From: Stramenopiles sp. TOSAG23-2
Lineage: Eukaryota
Direction: 5' to 3'
DNA length: 40,701 nt
Assembly (NCBI GenBank): GCA_900128395.1
Contig: LT649306.1
Span: 1-40,701 of the forward strand
Both the position numbers and the translations under genes were made by a program. Shown here piece after piece: positions 38,201 to 40,701 of the stretch (position 1 is the first letter of the stretch; the number at the start of each line of letters is the position of its first letter). The notes beneath the pieces were generated by a model. The model was not told the DNA's origin. It ran no database searches and saw nothing but the letters and a program-made list of their open reading frames with translations.

Positions 38201-40701
38201 AATAATGGATTTGGAACACAAGGAGGAGGAGGAGGAGATGGATTTGGAAGTAGCAACACTGGAAGAGGATTTGGTACAAACATAAGTGGATTTAACAGCG
38301 GTGGTGGAGGTGGGATGGATTTTGGAAAATCAGCAGCTCTTGGTGTAATTAAAGAGGAAAGTACAGAAGATAAATCTTTTAATGCTTTATCTGAAAAGAA
38401 ATCAAAATCACGTGTAAGAGATAAAAATTTGAAAGTTGATGATTTAAGTGGGTCGTCACTTTTTGGTAGTAGATCTTCTAAAAAAAAAGGTCCTAGCGGT
38501 AGTAGCTCCGGGGGTGGTTTTGGCACTACTGAAGGTAGTACTGGTTTTACTATCAAAAAACCTAGTGACAGTAAGAAGGAGAAAAAAACGGGATTAACAT
38601 TTGGCGCGTTGGGGGAAACTACGGGTAAGAAACCTGGTGAAAATGAGACCAAAGAAGGGGGTAAAAAAGCAAGCAATGCAAGCATTTCCTTTGGCGCTAT
38701 TACCAGCAGTAATAAAAGTGAAGATAATGCAAGTAAAAAAAGTCATAACAAACTTAGTTTTAATTTAGGTGGTAACGGCAGTAAATTATCGTTTGGAAAT
38801 GAAAAGACTGAAACTAAATCAGCTTTAATTGCTCCTACAGGAAGTGATGGGATATTTGGTAATGTTAACAGTGTAAAAAAAGCAACGGCGGAAAAATCGA
38901 CAGCAAAAAAAAGTCTATTTGCTACTGAACCTGAAAAAAAAAGCTTATTCGGTGCTAAACCTGCAGAAAAAACAACAGCAGCAACAACAGGCTTCGGGCT
39001 CGGTACACCTTCCGCGACGCCAACTGTTAAACCCAATGCACCTACTAGCAGTGGAAATATATTTGGTAGTACTCCTACGACACCTGCACAACAAACAGCG
39101 ACTACTGGCTTTGGCACCGTTCAAAAACCAGCGACAATTAGTAGTGGTAATAATGGAGGTGGCTTTGGTCAAACAAATACAGGCGGGTTTAACAATAATG
39201 CGGTAAATTATCAAGCCGAGGTTACAAAAATATATCACGCTTAAAAATTAATGACATAGTTGTAGATACTACTGATGAAAAAGAGGCTTTAAAAAAAAGT
39301 CGAGATGCAAAGACAGAAAAGTTAAACGAAATGATGCAAAAGCAAATCAAACAGGGAAGTGAACCATTGCTTGAGAAGATGCGAAAACAGAATTTGATGA
39401 AAAAACCTGGGTTTAACAATAATGCGGTAAATTATCAAGCCGAGGTTACAAAAATATATCAACAATATAATCCATCCAAATTGCATACTATACCCCAACT
39501 TATGCAAAAATATCAAGGTCACGAGAAAAAACTAATAGATAAATTGAAGAAGAAATACATGGGTCAAACAGGACTGTTTGGTGGATCAACAACATCTTCT
39601 AACGGTGGACTGTTTGGTGGATCATCAACACAAAGAACAAATGCTTCTACAGGTGGACTATTTAGTAGACCAACAACAACATCTTCTAAAGGTGGGTTAT
39701 TTGGTGGAGCATCAACACAAAGAACGAATGGAGGTGGATTATTTGGTGGAGCATCAACTACTTCCTCTAAACCTGCTAGCAAAGGACTCTTCAAAACATC
39801 AATAAGTGGCAAAGGACCACTAATAATGGATTTGGAAATCAAGGAGGAGGTGGTGGATTTGGTCAAACAAATACTGGCGGTGGTGGATTTGGTCAAACAA
39901 ATACCAATACCACTAATAATGGATTTGGCAGTAGCATTGCTGGTGGTGGATTTGGCAGTAGTAATACGACTAATGCATTCGGCACTAGTAATACGAATAA
40001 TACAACTAATGCATTCGGTGGTGGTGGTAATGGTGGAGGTTTTGGTCAAACAAATACTAATACCACTAATAATGGATTTGGAAATCAAGGAGGAGGTGGT
40101 GGATTTGGCAGTAGCAATACTGCTGCTCCTAATAATGGATTTGGAGCTCAAGGAGGAGGTGGTGGATTTGGTAATACTACAACTAACGCATTTGGCACTG
40201 GTGCTGGAACAGGTGGTAACGGTGGCTTTGGTCAAACAAATACTGGCGGGTTTAACAATAATGCGGTAAATTATCAAGCCGAGGTTACAAAAATATATCA
40301 ACAATATAATCCATCCAAATTGCATACTATACCCCAACTTATGCAAAAATATCAAGGTCACGAGAAACAACTAATAGATAAATTGAAGAAGAAATACATG
40401 GGTCAAACAGGAGGTAACAATGGGTTTGGTGTAGGAGGTGGAGGAGGCTTTGGTCAAACAAATACTAGTACCACTAATAATGGATTTGGAAATCAAGGAG
40501 GAGGTGGTGGATTTGGTCAAACAAACACTGCCCCTAATAATGGATTTGGCAGTAGTAATAATGGTGGTGGATTTGGCAGTAGCACGACTAATGCATTTGG
40601 CACTAGTAATACGACGAATGCATTCGGTGGTGGTAATGGGGGGGGCTTTGGTCAAACAAATACTAATACCACTAATAATGGATTTGGAAATCAAGGAGGA
40701 G
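35201..40701 (+). CDS. FG-repeat nucleoporin, Nup214/Nup159-like architecture; continues past the window end and is broken by two frameshifting patches
   Basis: About 450-aa beta-rich N-terminus, central coiled coil, then SFG/GFG/LFG repeats. The reading continues in a second frame (39409-39815) and a third, stop-free GFG frame (39816-40701). Confidence 0.75.
39185..40412 (+). repeat. Dispersed direct repeats: 53 bp at 39185 and 39409; about 165 bp at 39409-39573 and 40248-40412
   Basis: GGGTTTAACAATAATGCGG...TATATCA occurs three times. The longer pair differs by one base (GAGAAAAAA versus GAGAAACAA). Confidence 0.93.

Noticed and set aside
5645-39816. Programmed frameshifting or a non-standard genetic code to explain the broken ORFs
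   Set aside because: Each break coincides with an exact duplication or inserted patch, and TAA, TAG and TGA all end conserved genes normally.
37918-40694. Long antisense ORFs (255, 268, 124 and 107 aa) and the hydrophobic tail of the 39331 ORF
   Set aside because: Shadow frames of low-complexity FG repeats; the GFG frame from 39816 is the meaningful one.

Overview
AT-rich, gene-dense eukaryotic nuclear DNA with 18 housekeeping-type genes. No coding region needs an intron, the standard stops TAA, TAG and TGA are all used, poly-Asn tracts are common, and genes mostly alternate in convergent and divergent pairs. The gamma-COP N-terminus plus a centriole gene (STIL) and a NEK kinase suggest a flagellated protist, most likely a stramenopile (inference). 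Genes in order: STIL, secreted non-canonical aldo-keto reductase, UBLCP1, pterin-carbinolamine dehydratase, START-domain protein, gamma-COP, a C2/TM/2xDysF protein, a multi-TM protein, a long coiled-coil protein, a possible microtubule-inner protein, a UBA1-like pseudo-E1, a secreted LRR protein, MPP6, Kelch-BTB, NEK6/7-like kinase, MIB-like ankyrin protein, ubiquitin-like protein and a Nup214-like FG nucleoporin. The assembly has a 96-N gap and several exact 50-250 bp tandem, inverted or inserted patches that frameshift genes; these are probably amplification or assembly chimeras. Most interesting: (1) a TACGA/TCGTA motif family clustered downstream of stop codons; (2) GC-rich palindromic micro-repeats in the divergent promoters; (3) a full-length UBA1 paralogue apparently lacking its ATP loop and catalytic Cys; (4) a complete animal-type STIL; (5) an AKR missing two catalytic-tetrad residues. 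All family calls come from recognising motifs by eye; no searches were run.
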